From assembly GCA_016873895.1 (NCBI GenBank), contig VGVV01000003.1:275747-339746 (forward strand): a stretch of 64,000 nt of DNA, read 5' to 3'. Positions 19,388 through 29,829 of this stretch are shown here, in pieces (position 1 is the first letter of the stretch; every line of letters begins with the position of its first letter). This stretch comes from Ignavibacteria bacterium. Lineage in GTDB: Bacteria > Bacteroidota > Ignavibacteria > Kapaibacteriales > Kapaibacteriaceae. Under the pieces are notes generated by a model, which made no database searches, was not told where the DNA came from, and saw only the letters and a list, made by a program, of their open reading frames with translations. Both the position numbers and the translations under genes were made by a program.

Positions 19388-20605
19388 TTATGATGACACC
19401 TGTGCGAACAAATGGTACGCCTGGAGGCCAGCGCACTCTATGATGGCGTCGGCACAGACTTGAAGTTGCTCTGGTGTTGCGCTGAGGTTTCGCGCGCCAC
19501 GTACGTGAGAATATAACTGCGACCTACGACCAAGAGTTGCTAGTGTGCACACGACAGCACATTCTCTATAGATGCCTTCCAGACCAGGTCGCGAAAGTGT
19601 TTTCCCATATCCTTCAACGATTGTCCAAAGAGTTATCTCAGGAGAGATCGCGGTGAACCTTGTCATCATCTTCTCATAAACGCTTCCGTAAACCTGAGAA
19701 CAGAGCTCACCACCTCGCTGCTCAAAGATGCTTGTATTGTACTGCTCGAAACCACGTGTCTGTGGAACCAGATTGCGTTGATGTAACACCGAATCAAGAG
19801 TAGCCAGAGCCTCCAAGCCAATAGGGAATCCAGCAAAGAGATATGTCTGCAACATGGCCTCGTAAGCAGCAGTGGCAGATGTTGTGTCTACCACCCAATC
19901 CAGTAATTCATGTTCTAGCGAATCAAAATCGCCCTCAGCAGCATAGATCGAAGAGCGACAGACTCCATCAAGAATAGTCATCGATGGAGGGTGCGGCATT
20001 GCTGTATCGTCATCAAGTTTCTTGATCATGCTAGCCAGGGCACGCGCAGCCTTAGCCCGATGACTCGTAGCATCCTTGACAGACTGAGGTAGCTGACCGT
20101 ATGACTCAGCATAACCCTCCGGAACAAACATTGGGTCGTATCCAAAGCCACCAGCACCACTCACAGTATTCGTTATCAACCCCTGAACATGTCCGTCGGC
20201 AAGCAACGTTCGATGTGAATCGATGTAGCACAACACACACGAGAATCTACCTGTAGAAGTCTCACATCCCCGCGTAGCAAGTTCCTGAGTAACGCGTTCG
20301 CGGTTACTGGCGTCTGAAGCGTTTGGACCAGCATACCGTGCAGAAAAGACGCCAGGCTCTCCATCAAGTGCATCTACGATCAGACCACTGTCATCAGCGA
20401 TTACGGGAAGCCCCGTAAGCGCATGAACTTGCTGTGCCTTGATGTATGAGTTTTCCTCAAATGTTGCCCCTGTTTCATCGATATCGATCCTGCCAATGAT
20501 ATCGGACATCGGTACTAAATCTACGTCGATGCATTCGCGCAGAAGAGACTGCAGCTCTGCGATCTTGTGAGCATTACCAGAGGCAACGATGATTGTGCGT
20601 TTCAT
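19388..20605 (-). CDS. rdgB: RdgB/HAM1 dITP/XTP pyrophosphatase fused to a carboxymuconolactone decarboxylase (CMD)-like domain
   Basis: SGNAHK, ADDSGL, GFGYDP, SHR in the first ~195 aa; QTYLFAGFP, EGYGKTLSRPGL, QLYSHVRGA in the C-terminal half. Confidence 0.88.
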   Translation of the reverse strand: MKRTIIVASGNAHKIAELQSLLRECIDVDLVPMSDIIGRIDIDETGATFEENSYIKAQQVHALTGLPVIADDSGLIVDALDGEPGVFSARYAGPNASDASNRERVTQELATRGCETSTGRFSCVLCYIDSHRTLLADGHVQGLITNTVSGAGGFGYDPMFVPEGYAESYGQLPQSVKDATSHRAKAARALASMIKKLDDDTAMPHPPSMTILDGVCRSSIYAAEGDFDSLEHELLDWVVDTTSATAAYEAMLQTYLFAGFPIGLEALATLDSVLHQRNLVPQTRGFEQYNTSIFEQRGGELCSQVYGSVYEKMMTRFTAISPEITLWTIVEGYGKTLSRPGLEGIYRECAVVCTLATLGRRSQLYSHVRGARNLSATPEQLQVCADAIIECAGLQAYHLFAQVSS

Positions 20606-20607
20606 GC

Positions 20608-21687
20608 TTAGTGTACCTCCGCAATCGTTCCGTCGATTGCATCAAGCAGGTCGTGCATATCTGCCATGGTATACGGACCGCATGTACCAATCCTGATGAT
20701 CTTGCCGTGCATGTGGTCTTGACCACCGGCAACGACAAAACCGTACCGATCACGCAGGATGCTACGAATCTGCTCGGATTGTGGATGTGAGACCACGACC
20801 ACACCAGCCGAAGAGCCATCGCCATATGACGAAAAGCCTCGCGCTAACAACGCTTCGCGCATAAAACTCGAGGTTTCACGTTGGCGATTCCAGACGTTTT
20901 GTAGTCCTTCTTCTAACATCATACGCGTTGCCTCACGCAATCCATTGACAAGCGTTACTGGCGGTGTCCAAACCATTTTGCGCTCCCTCGTCGCATCAAG
21001 ATACGATGCCAGGTCTAGCGTGTAGGTGCGCCTATCTCGTCCACGACGCAAGGAATCCTGCATGCGTTCGCTCAAGGAAACACACGCCAGTCCAGGGGGC
21101 GACATAAGCCCCTTCTGAACACCCACCGATACTGCATCAATTCCCCACGTATCCGGTAATACTTCCTGAACTCCAACGCTTGTTACGCCATCGAGTAACA
21201 ATAATGCTGTAGGAAGAAGCTCACGCACGACAAGGCTAATCGATGCCATATCTAACGCAACGCCGGTTGATGTTTCACTATGAACAAACCAGACAGCAGA
21301 GATCTCGCCGCCTTCGCGATCCGAGAGCAGACATTCACGAACGTGGTCGGGAGTCCACGAATCGCCCCAAGTAACAGCGTGCTCAATGACGTCTGAACCA
21401 TGAATCTGATTGATACGAACCAGACGCATACCAAAGCGTCCGTGATGAAAAACAACAACACGATCTGACGACGCAACGGTTGAAGCAACGCAGGCCTCCA
21501 TGCCAGACATCCCGCTACCAGGTAGCATAACCACGGGGTTATCCGTTGAGAAAATAGTCTGCAGATTAGTCCATGTCTCATCCAGAACCGAAGAAAATTC
21601 TTCGCCATGGTGAAACAATACGCCGGATGCGCAGGCATCAAGCACGCGTTGTGGAGACGGCACTGGGCCGGGCGTAAATAGTCTCAT
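20608..21687 (-). CDS. Class V PLP aminotransferase (serine/alanine-glyoxylate type)
   Basis: LFTPGP, HSETSTG, DGVTS, QKGLMSPPG (PLP Lys). Confidence 0.9.
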   Translation of the reverse strand: MRLFTPGPVPSPQRVLDACASGVLFHHGEEFSSVLDETWTNLQTIFSTDNPVVMLPGSGMSGMEACVASTVASSDRVVVFHHGRFGMRLVRINQIHGSDVIEHAVTWGDSWTPDHVRECLLSDREGGEISAVWFVHSETSTGVALDMASISLVVRELLPTALLLLDGVTSVGVQEVLPDTWGIDAVSVGVQKGLMSPPGLACVSLSERMQDSLRRGRDRRTYTLDLASYLDATRERKMVWTPPVTLVNGLREATRMMLEEGLQNVWNRQRETSSFMREALLARGFSSYGDGSSAGVVVVSHPQSEQIRSILRDRYGFVVAGGQDHMHGKIIRIGTCGPYTMADMHDLLDAIDGTIAEVH

Positions 21688-22454
21688 GGACGCGAGAATT
21701 CGTGTAAGAGGATAGCTGTGGCAACAGATGCATTCAGTGATTCGCCACCACCATAGACAGCGGGTATGGTTACCTGACGCGTTACGAAAGGGATCAAATC
21801 AATCGACACACCATGTGCCTCTGAGCCAACTATGAAACCGAACTCGTGTAAACCGCCAATGCTGTGTGATGGTTCACCGCCTGTAACGACAGCAGCCAGT
21901 ATCGGACGATCTTTTAGGCGCTGTAACTCGACAAGCAGTTCTGCATGACGCCGCACATTGACATGCGCGAGACTTCCCGCAGTTGAGCGCACCACTTTCG
22001 GGTTGTATACATCAGCACAACCACTTCCCAAGACTACATCCGAGCATCCGAACCAGGCGGCAGTACGAATGATCGTTCCAACATTACCGGGGTCGCTAAC
22101 ACCGTCTAGGACTACGACTCGTCGACCAAGAGTAGGGGATTCTTCAAGAAAATCAAATACTGCCAGCAAGGATTGCGGCGATTGCGTTGTTGACATCAAT
22201 CCTAGATCTTTTCGTCCACAGGCTACGCTGTGAACGCCCCTTGCAATAGCTTCGGTTAAGACACGCAGAGAATGATCATCAGCATCATCAGCGATAACAA
22301 GCACAACAGGATCTATACCAGCATGCATCAATTCCGAGATAGCGTGAGGCCCCTCGGCTAGGAACTGACGGCGATCCTCGCGCTCGCGGGTGTTATGCAG
22401 CACACGAACGTCATTTCGTAGATTGTGTGAACATCGGTCTAAAGTATTGATCAT
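21684..22454 (-). CDS. TrmH/SpoU family RNA methyltransferase
   Basis: DPGNVGTIIRTA, GSEAHG, ESLNASVA. Confidence 0.92.
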   Translation of the reverse strand: MINTLDRCSHNLRNDVRVLHNTREREDRRQFLAEGPHAISELMHAGIDPVVLVIADDADDHSLRVLTEAIARGVHSVACGRKDLGLMSTTQSPQSLLAVFDFLEESPTLGRRVVVLDGVSDPGNVGTIIRTAAWFGCSDVVLGSGCADVYNPKVVRSTAGSLAHVNVRRHAELLVELQRLKDRPILAAVVTGGEPSHSIGGLHEFGFIVGSEAHGVSIDLIPFVTRQVTIPAVYGGGESLNASVATAILLHEFSRP

Positions 22455-22465
22455 CGTGCGAAACT

Positions 22466-23764
22466 ATGAAGTCTACCAAAGAACTCTTACGTGAGAAACG
22501 CGACGGGCGTGAATGGTCTGCCGATGAGATAGCTTGGTTTGTGGATGGACTTGTTAACAATGCTGTGTCTTCAGGGCAAGTGGCGGCATTTCTCATGGCA
22601 GCCTGTACCCGCGGCCTTACGCCAGCCGAGACTGCAGCGTTAACGATTTCAATGTCCAGATCCGGTGATATGGTGCCCACGGGGCGTACCAATCGCCCCA
22701 TCATTGACAAGCATTCAACCGGGGGCGTGGGCGATAAAACCTCCTTATTGTTAGCACCACTGGCGAAGGTTTGTGGGCTTGCCGTCCCGATGATTAGCGG
22801 CAGGGGGCTTGGCCATACTGGTGGAACACTCGATAAGCTGGAAAGCGTAACCGGTTTCAACGTGAACCTGTCGCTTGAGCAAATGTCGATGCTACTCAAT
22901 GAGCATCATCTATTCATGGCAGGCCAGACACCTAACCTCGTTCCTGCCGATCGAGTAATGTATGCGCTTCGTGATGTAACCGGTACCGTCGAGAGTATCA
23001 GCCTGATGACGGCCTCGATCTTAAGTAAAAAACTCGCAGAGAACCTTGATGGCCTTGTCATGAACATGACTGTTGGTAGAGGTGCATTTCTGACAACAAT
23101 CGAAGAGTCCAAAAGACTGGCAGAATCCATGCAGAACATCTGCAATCTGGTTGGTCTGCCAACCACCTTTGTGTTCTCCCGCATGGACCGTCCTCTGGGC
23201 CGCTCTGTAGGCAACTGGTTAGAAATGGTTGAAGCCGAAGCAGCGCTAGCCGGTGTAGGAGATCGAAACCTGGTTGGCCTGACGACCGAGCTTGTGCAAC
23301 AGATGTTACTTCTTTCCGACAGTTCACGTACACAGGAATCTGCACGTGAGCGTGTGGCGCAAGCATGGCGCAGTGGAGAAGCGCATCAAGAGTTCCACGC
23401 CATGATTGCGCGGCAAGGCGGTGATTGGCATGCCAGTATGGACAGGCATGCTAGATGCTCATTCGTTGATATTACAAGTTCAAGTACGGGCTTTGTGCCC
23501 GACATGCACGCGCGCGAAATCGCTGTAGCTGCGATGCAAGCAGGTGCTGGTCGTTTGAGGGAAACAGACCCTATCGATCACTCAGCAGGAGTGGTGCTCT
23601 ACGTAGAACCTGGTCAAGCTGTTGAATCTGAGCAGCCCCTTGCCAGGGTTTATGCACATGATCACGACCGCCTCGAAACGTTTGCCACCTCGATGCGCAA
23701 CATGCTGAAAACAAACGCGGCCCCTGTAGAACAGCCACCATTGATTATCGAGGTCTGGAGCTAG
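22466..23764 (+). CDS. pdp: Pyrimidine-nucleoside/thymidine phosphorylase
   Basis: DKHSTGGVGDK, SGRGLGHTGGTLDKLES, YALRDVTGTV, SILSKK. Confidence 0.92.
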   Translation: MKSTKELLREKRDGREWSADEIAWFVDGLVNNAVSSGQVAAFLMAACTRGLTPAETAALTISMSRSGDMVPTGRTNRPIIDKHSTGGVGDKTSLLLAPLAKVCGLAVPMISGRGLGHTGGTLDKLESVTGFNVNLSLEQMSMLLNEHHLFMAGQTPNLVPADRVMYALRDVTGTVESISLMTASILSKKLAENLDGLVMNMTVGRGAFLTTIEESKRLAESMQNICNLVGLPTTFVFSRMDRPLGRSVGNWLEMVEAEAALAGVGDRNLVGLTTELVQQMLLLSDSSRTQESARERVAQAWRSGEAHQEFHAMIARQGGDWHASMDRHARCSFVDITSSSTGFVPDMHAREIAVAAMQAGAGRLRETDPIDHSAGVVLYVEPGQAVESEQPLARVYAHDHDRLETFATSMRNMLKTNAAPVEQPPLIIEVWS

Positions 23765-23790
23765 TCAGTATTTATCAGAGTGCCGGTGTT

Positions 23791-24345
23791 CTACAATCCA
23801 GCCCTTTGCAATGCAGCTATAAAGGCTTCCTTGGACTGCGAACCAATGATTTTCTGAACAATCTTTCCCTGACGGTCAATTATGAACGTCGTTGGAATAG
23901 ATTGTATGCCGCCGTAGGCTTCGGCTATCTGTCCAGATGCATTGTCTACAACATTGATGTATCCCATGCTATTCTTCTCAGCAAAAGCCTTGACGCTGGC
24001 CACTGGATCGCCTTTTTGATCGAGCGAGACACCGAACACAACAACCCCCTCGGCTGCCATTTCATTTGAAATTGCTACTAAGTCTGGGACCTCGCGCCTG
24101 CACGGTGGACACCATGTTGCCCAAATGTTCAACAGGACAACCTTGCCAGCAATTACCTCAGAGAATGACACCTTTTTGCCATCCTCGGTCCACGTGAAGT
24201 CAGCCGCAATCGATTCTGATTTCGACCCAACCGATTGAACGGTATACACCTTGGCTGATCCAAGGTTGGCAGAAGGACCGTTGGCGCAGTGCATCGTTAC
24301 AGCGCTGATGATCAGAGCCAGACCAACGAGCGAAGTTATCTTCAT
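23791..24345 (-). CDS. TlpA-family thiol-disulfide oxidoreductase (exported)
   Basis: Signal peptide, WATWCPPC, SIPTTFIID. Confidence 0.9.
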   Translation of the reverse strand: MKITSLVGLALIISAVTMHCANGPSANLGSAKVYTVQSVGSKSESIAADFTWTEDGKKVSFSEVIAGKVVLLNIWATWCPPCRREVPDLVAISNEMAAEGVVVFGVSLDQKGDPVASVKAFAEKNSMGYINVVDNASGQIAEAYGGIQSIPTTFIIDRQGKIVQKIIGSQSKEAFIAALQRAGL

Positions 24346-25100
24346 TATAATGTCTCAAGTCTAAACAGTGATGATACTTCGTCTATCTGTAGATCACTGA
24401 CGACCGTACACATGATATTATTGCTTTTCCAAACAAACAATGTTCCGTTGTCCGATGTAGCAGCCCAGTGCCACTTACTGTGCTGAACGTCATCAGAAAC
24501 AACTGGGTCCATCTGTACCTGACCCACTGCAATCTTCGACTGATCCACTTGGAGCAGGGCGATCGTATGACCCGATGTTTTGTACACCAGCTCTGCGCAC
24601 GGCAAGTCATTGACTAAAAAGATGTTAGCACCAATGAGCTCAACATCTACTTCAGGGTAGACGATCTCATGTTGTATGCCATTATCACGTAAAAAAGACG
24701 AGATCTGACCTTTGTCCGAAGACTCTATGTTCAATTTCGTGTCACCCGAATGTACACCCGGGAAGGCAACTAGGGCAGCTGTAGTAAGCTCGCCTGGCAA
24801 CGAAAGCGTACGCTGTCCACTGTACAGTATGCCGAGAACTATCAGGAGCGTTGTAGCAGCAGTACCCACTTGGAACGCTGGGCGGGTAAGCATATCTAGC
24901 AATGCGCTATACCACGGCCGAATAGCTGATTCTTGCTGTTCAGCTAAGGCCATGCGAATCGAGCGCTCAACTTCTACGGGCACCTGCAGACGCAGCGCAC
25001 CGCGCCTACGTGATAGCGTGGCGCTAACAGCACGGACAATCTGTTCTTCACGCTCTACCTGTCGTGAGTCTAGTCCAGTGTAGATGGCATCATTGTTCAT
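24345..25100 (-). CDS. Putative membrane-anchored anti-sigma factor
   Basis: Overlaps the ECF sigma stop; short cytoplasmic N-terminus, one TM helix, extracytoplasmic domain. Confidence 0.7.
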   Translation of the reverse strand: MNNDAIYTGLDSRQVEREEQIVRAVSATLSRRRGALRLQVPVEVERSIRMALAEQQESAIRPWYSALLDMLTRPAFQVGTAATTLLIVLGILYSGQRTLSLPGELTTAALVAFPGVHSGDTKLNIESSDKGQISSFLRDNGIQHEIVYPEVDVELIGANIFLVNDLPCAELVYKTSGHTIALLQVDQSKIAVGQVQMDPVVSDDVQHSKWHWAATSDNGTLFVWKSNNIMCTVVSDLQIDEVSSLFRLETL

Positions 25101-25701
25101 CGTTCAAACTCCCTTCTGGAATTGCTGCAGTTGGCTTTGAAACGACTCCTGGAATCTCGAATCCCCGCTTTCGGGCGTACTCGGCAAGCGATCCAGCAAG
25201 TAGTTTTCGTGCACGGTGCAGACGTGAACGTACTGTCCCAATCGGACAGTCTATGAACTCGGCAATTTCTTCGTATGTGAAACTTTCAATGTCGCATAAA
25301 ATGATGACCGTTCGAAACTCTTCGGGAAGAGACTCTATAGCCTTGGCTACTTCATCATCCAGCGCGTTGTCGATTACCTGTTCTTCTACAACAGATGTTT
25401 CAACACTGCTATCCCGAATGGTTTCGTAAAACTCCTCGATTGCATCATATTCAACCGTGTCAGGAGCTTTAGACGTCTTCCTAAACCTGTTGATATAGGA
25501 ATTCTTCAAAATTCTGAACAACCATGCCTTACAGTTAGTTCCACGCTCAAATTTGTCGAAAAATCTGAAGGCTTTGAGGTACGTTTCCTGCACGAGATCA
25601 GCAGCATCATCACGGTCTCGCGTAAGCCGAACAGCAAAAGAAAACAGTGCCGACATGTGCGGCAGTGCCTCTTGTTCGAACTCTTTGCGCAAATCGTCCA
25701 T
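25090..25701 (-). CDS. ECF sigma-70 factor (SigH/SigR-like)
   Basis: DAADLVQETYLKA, GTNCKAWLFRI, GTVRSRLHRAR. Confidence 0.92.
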   Translation of the reverse strand: MDDLRKEFEQEALPHMSALFSFAVRLTRDRDDAADLVQETYLKAFRFFDKFERGTNCKAWLFRILKNSYINRFRKTSKAPDTVEYDAIEEFYETIRDSSVETSVVEEQVIDNALDDEVAKAIESLPEEFRTVIILCDIESFTYEEIAEFIDCPIGTVRSRLHRARKLLAGSLAEYARKRGFEIPGVVSKPTAAIPEGSLNDEQ

Positions 25702-25718
25702 TGGGTGCTACTCGCTGC

Positions 25719-27203
25719 TTACCAATTCCGGAGCATCTCTGTGAGCAACCGCACACCTACACCCGAACCTCCTCGAGGCGTATAGTGCGATGCTTTAGAC
25801 TTGATCCCGGTACCGGCAATATCGAGGTGAACCCACGGATAGGTTACAAAATGCTTGAGGAAGAGGGCAGCCGTAATGGATCCTGCCTCACGTCCACCCG
25901 AGTTCTTGATATCAGCATATTCACTCGAGATGAGCTCTTCGTACTCCTCATACAGCGGCAACTCACAAACGTACTCATTCGTCTTCTCTGCAGCTGCCTT
26001 TAGGCGTGACTTTGTCTTCGTATCCGTTCCCATCATGCCCGTGGTTAACGTACCAAGAGCAATAACAACAGCACCAGTCAAGGTAGCAAGATCAATCACC
26101 GCGCTTGGATTATAACGGTCTGCGTAACAAAGCGCATCAGCCAGAATCAGACGGCCCTCCGCGTCGGTATTATCAATCTCTGCAGTTTTACCGTTCATAA
26201 AAGTCAAGATGTCGCCCGGCACAAGTGCCGTACCACTTGGCATATTCTCTGTTGATGGCACAAGGGCAACAACGTTGCGTTTCAGGCCTAGCTTCGCGAT
26301 CGTACACATTGTACCAATTACCGAGGCCGCACCGTGCATGTCGCTCTTCATATCACTCATGCCTGCGGCAGGTTTAAGGGAGATACCACCAGTATCAAAC
26401 GTGATACCTTTACCTACGAGGACAAGGGGCTTTTCTGACTTCGGTCCCTTCATGTACTCCATAACGATAAAGACTGGTGGGCGAACGCTGCCTTGATTTA
26501 CACCAAGGAGACCACCCATCTTGAGTTCTTCGATCTTCTTCTTATCAAGAACGGTTGTCTTGAATCCAACCCTGCGACCAACTTCCTGAACCTTTTTGGC
26601 CAGCGTCTCCGGGTAGATCTCGTTGTTCGGCGCGTTAGCAAGATCACGGGCTAGCGTTACGCCCTCGACAATCGCCAACCCGGCGTATACGCCCTTGTTA
26701 ACAGACTTCTGATTTGCTTTGTCTGTGATAACAGTGATCTTACTGACCTTACCTCCGTTACCATTCTTCTTGATCGTCTTGTATTTGTCAAATGCATACT
26801 GGCTAAGTAATGCGCCCTCAGTAATTGCCTGTGCCTGAGATTGGGCATCGATGCCGCTAACAGAAGCACAATCAAAAGCAACATGAGAACAGCCCGATGC
26901 AGCAGCACGTTTTGCGCCTGCCGCTGCCGCACGACGGATAGTCTCGGCCTTGTTTGTGCTGGTGTCTCCCAAACCAACAAGAATAATTCGGGGTGCAGCC
27001 ATTGAGGAACCACAGTACGCAAGCGTTGTCTGCAGAGCCTTGCCTGAAAAATCATTCGATGCAAAAACTGGGTGCAGATGGGGAATTTCACTCAGCAGTG
27101 CCTTTTCAGCAAGCTTGAACTGACGTTCATTTTGCGAAACAAAAACAACAATTACATCTGCCTTTACCGTGCGACGGGCAGCAACGGAAACGGTTGCGGA
27201 CAT
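25719..27203 (-). CDS. pepA: Leucyl aminopeptidase (M17)
   Basis: GKGITFDTGG, MKSDM, NTDAEGRL, DLATLTGA, HLDIAG. Confidence 0.95.
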   Translation of the reverse strand: MSATVSVAARRTVKADVIVVFVSQNERQFKLAEKALLSEIPHLHPVFASNDFSGKALQTTLAYCGSSMAAPRIILVGLGDTSTNKAETIRRAAAAGAKRAAASGCSHVAFDCASVSGIDAQSQAQAITEGALLSQYAFDKYKTIKKNGNGGKVSKITVITDKANQKSVNKGVYAGLAIVEGVTLARDLANAPNNEIYPETLAKKVQEVGRRVGFKTTVLDKKKIEELKMGGLLGVNQGSVRPPVFIVMEYMKGPKSEKPLVLVGKGITFDTGGISLKPAAGMSDMKSDMHGAASVIGTMCTIAKLGLKRNVVALVPSTENMPSGTALVPGDILTFMNGKTAEIDNTDAEGRLILADALCYADRYNPSAVIDLATLTGAVVIALGTLTTGMMGTDTKTKSRLKAAAEKTNEYVCELPLYEEYEELISSEYADIKNSGGREAGSITAALFLKHFVTYPWVHLDIAGTGIKSKASHYTPRGGSGVGVRLLTEMLRNW

Positions 27204-27261
27204 GGCGATCTCAGTATGTAGATGGGAGAACTGTTACGGCGTGCAAAATACGCAATGCTCA

Positions 27262-29829
27262 TTAACGAGGTGCCAGAACCTGGCAGAGTTGGAAGGATAC
27301 GTCAGGTTCTGGCTTAACAGGCACCCGAACATATCCGCCCTTTAGCCAGAGCTGGAGCTGGTCTGTGTAATGCCTGTTGAGCGGCTGACCCGAAGAGCCC
27401 CCTGGCACAACAACGTATTGAATGGTATCAGCTAGATGTGAGATCACTCGCATGCTCGGAGCAAGCTTCGTAGGTAATCGTACTTCAGTTGAATCAGCAA
27501 GTGCAATAGTCCACTCGGAGTTATTGAGAGATGTTTGCGAACCACCAATATCGAACGGGCCAACATTCATCACAGGTTGCATCAATGGATTCTTTCCGAA
27601 GACGTGTGGGAACGTTATCGTGTGAAGGTTACCCCACTGCCAAGCCTTAAGATTTGATTCGTTGTCTGGTCCGAGGCGCGATTGCAAGTCAGTAACAGCC
27701 TGAACAAATGAGCGCACAACTATCCAACTCATGTTTTCACGCACAGGTGTTCGCACATCATCCCACAAGGTGTCCTGTGGTTGATCTACAAGCTCCTCCA
27801 TACGGCGCAGAGGCAAATTTGAGACTTGGACAAAATCATAATACAATGGCTGGCCAAGCTCGTCTGCAAATGTGTACCAGATCATTCTCTGAAGTAACGT
27901 AGCGTACACACTAGCAGCTTTATCGAGCGATGCAAATGTGCCATCCCACTTCTTTAGCAACCCCAATGCCTGTTTTTGACTCGCGGAGAATCGCTTGGTG
28001 TTCAGCTCCAGCACCGGCAATATCTTGCGCATCATGGACTTTGCGTACGGAGACTGCTGGTCCTGTTGCACCATTTGCACATCTCGAACGCTCGGATATC
28101 TGTAAACGCCCATGAGTTCACGCATGCGCGTTATGCGAGACGTTGGCTCGTAGAGTGAACTAATGAAGGGGGCACTGGCAGATGTAGGATTATTTGCTGT
28201 TCCAACCCAGCCTTGCTTTGGATTCTCGAGCGTGCCCAGGCTCGTTAGCTTCCATACACCCTTCCAATCTCCGCCATCATAGACATTTACAATTGGAAGG
28301 TGCGGATCACTAACCCCTCGCAGAGGAACATTTCCAGCAACAACATTCGCAATTGCACCAGAACGGCTGCCAATCGTAAAGTTGAGTGCTGGCGAGCCCC
28401 ATGTGCTGAGCGCTGCAATGGCTTTTGATGCACTTGATGAGGTGTTCATTGTATACATCGCAAGCACCTCGTCACTCATGTATTGTGCTGTCCAACGAAA
28501 TGTTAAACATGTTGGTGCTACTTTACTACGTTCGCCAAGAACAAGCCCCGTTGCCATCGGACGGTTAAATCCACTCAGAATTTCCGGATGCCGCGCAACG
28601 TGGTGATCTGAAATAACGCTCGAGATGTTGGTATAGCGAATACTGATGATTGTGTCGGATGAACCCTTAACTCGTATTGTGTCGTCACGATAGGTGAATC
28701 TCTTTCGCGCTCCTGATCCGTCCAGGTAGTAGTTCACAGGATCCTTGGCATCAAGCTTTTGCAAAACGTAGTCCATATCATCAGCCATCACGTTTGTAAA
28801 GCCCCATGCGAGATTGTCATTTCTCCCGGAAAATACGAGTGGCAGACCTGGAATGCTTAATCCTAGTACATTTACTGTTGGTGTGCTAAGATGAATTTGA
28901 TACCACTTGGCAGGCATCGATACCGATAAATGCGGATCATTCGCTACAATCGGAACACCTGTTGAAGACTTTACGGCCCAGCAATTACTGCCGTAGCCAG
29001 AACCCTGCATTCCTAATACATCACGCACAGTTCGCAGCGTTGCAAGTGCGCTCCCCAGATGTGATTGATCGAGCGATTCACTCGAGCGGGACAACATTGC
29101 TGTTGTTGTAGTGCTCGTATCCTTAACTGCAGCAGCGGCCGATGTGTCGAGCACGAACGGGCCCTTAGCGCTCTTCGGAAGATAGCGCTTGTACGCACCT
29201 GGTCCTTTAATTTGCTCTATCTGTGCAAAAGCTAGGTCTGACCAAAACGACAGGCTCAATTCGAATGAGAGTACACGCCCAACAATTAAGCAGTCCTCGA
29301 GACTCCATGGTTCTGGCTTGTAGTCGAGTGCATCGAACTCAAATGGCAAATTGTCGAAGTTATCCTCGATGTATGCATTTACGCCATCAGCATAGGACTG
29401 CAAAATCTCACGTGATTTCTTACTCAGTGCCTTTGCTTGTTTCGATGCTATCGAGCGTATTTCTAACGATCTCAGAAATGCGTCAACCGCAACACCTTCT
29501 TGACCAAAGATCTCGGCTGTACGACCTCTTCCAGTCCTACGCCATAAATCCATCTGCCAGAGCCTATCTTGAGCATGTGTATAGCCCTGAGCAAAGAAAA
29601 CATCGTGCTCATTCTTTGCAACGATATGTGGAATGCCAAATGCATTTCGATAAATCTTTACCGAGTCAAGAACAGCTACTGTAGATTCCGACTGGGCCTC
29701 AGGATGACTTCTCGTAGCAATGCGGATGGCGAAATAGACGAAGCAAAGTAACAGCACTACGAGCGTTACCGAAATACCTGTAAATCCCGTCCAAATTCGT
29801 CTTACAGCCACTTTTGCTCCCGATACCAT
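27262..29829 (-). CDS. Penicillin acylase family (Ntn hydrolase, S45)
   Basis: N-terminal TM anchor, GIPHI, HAQDRLWQM, GSNCWAV nucleophile, ANDPHL, GFTN. Confidence 0.92.
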   Translation of the reverse strand: MVSGAKVAVRRIWTGFTGISVTLVVLLLCFVYFAIRIATRSHPEAQSESTVAVLDSVKIYRNAFGIPHIVAKNEHDVFFAQGYTHAQDRLWQMDLWRRTGRGRTAEIFGQEGVAVDAFLRSLEIRSIASKQAKALSKKSREILQSYADGVNAYIEDNFDNLPFEFDALDYKPEPWSLEDCLIVGRVLSFELSLSFWSDLAFAQIEQIKGPGAYKRYLPKSAKGPFVLDTSAAAAVKDTSTTTTAMLSRSSESLDQSHLGSALATLRTVRDVLGMQGSGYGSNCWAVKSSTGVPIVANDPHLSVSMPAKWYQIHLSTPTVNVLGLSIPGLPLVFSGRNDNLAWGFTNVMADDMDYVLQKLDAKDPVNYYLDGSGARKRFTYRDDTIRVKGSSDTIISIRYTNISSVISDHHVARHPEILSGFNRPMATGLVLGERSKVAPTCLTFRWTAQYMSDEVLAMYTMNTSSSASKAIAALSTWGSPALNFTIGSRSGAIANVVAGNVPLRGVSDPHLPIVNVYDGGDWKGVWKLTSLGTLENPKQGWVGTANNPTSASAPFISSLYEPTSRITRMRELMGVYRYPSVRDVQMVQQDQQSPYAKSMMRKILPVLELNTKRFSASQKQALGLLKKWDGTFASLDKAASVYATLLQRMIWYTFADELGQPLYYDFVQVSNLPLRRMEELVDQPQDTLWDDVRTPVRENMSWIVVRSFVQAVTDLQSRLGPDNESNLKAWQWGNLHTITFPHVFGKNPLMQPVMNVGPFDIGGSQTSLNNSEWTIALADSTEVRLPTKLAPSMRVISHLADTIQYVVVPGGSSGQPLNRHYTDQLQLWLKGGYVRVPVKPEPDVSFQLCQVLAPR

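Noticed and set aside
22466-23764. Possibly inactive phosphorylase (LVMNMTVG in place of LVLDVKVG)
   Set aside because: Key motifs DKHSTGG, LRDVT and SILSKK are intact; probably ordinary divergence
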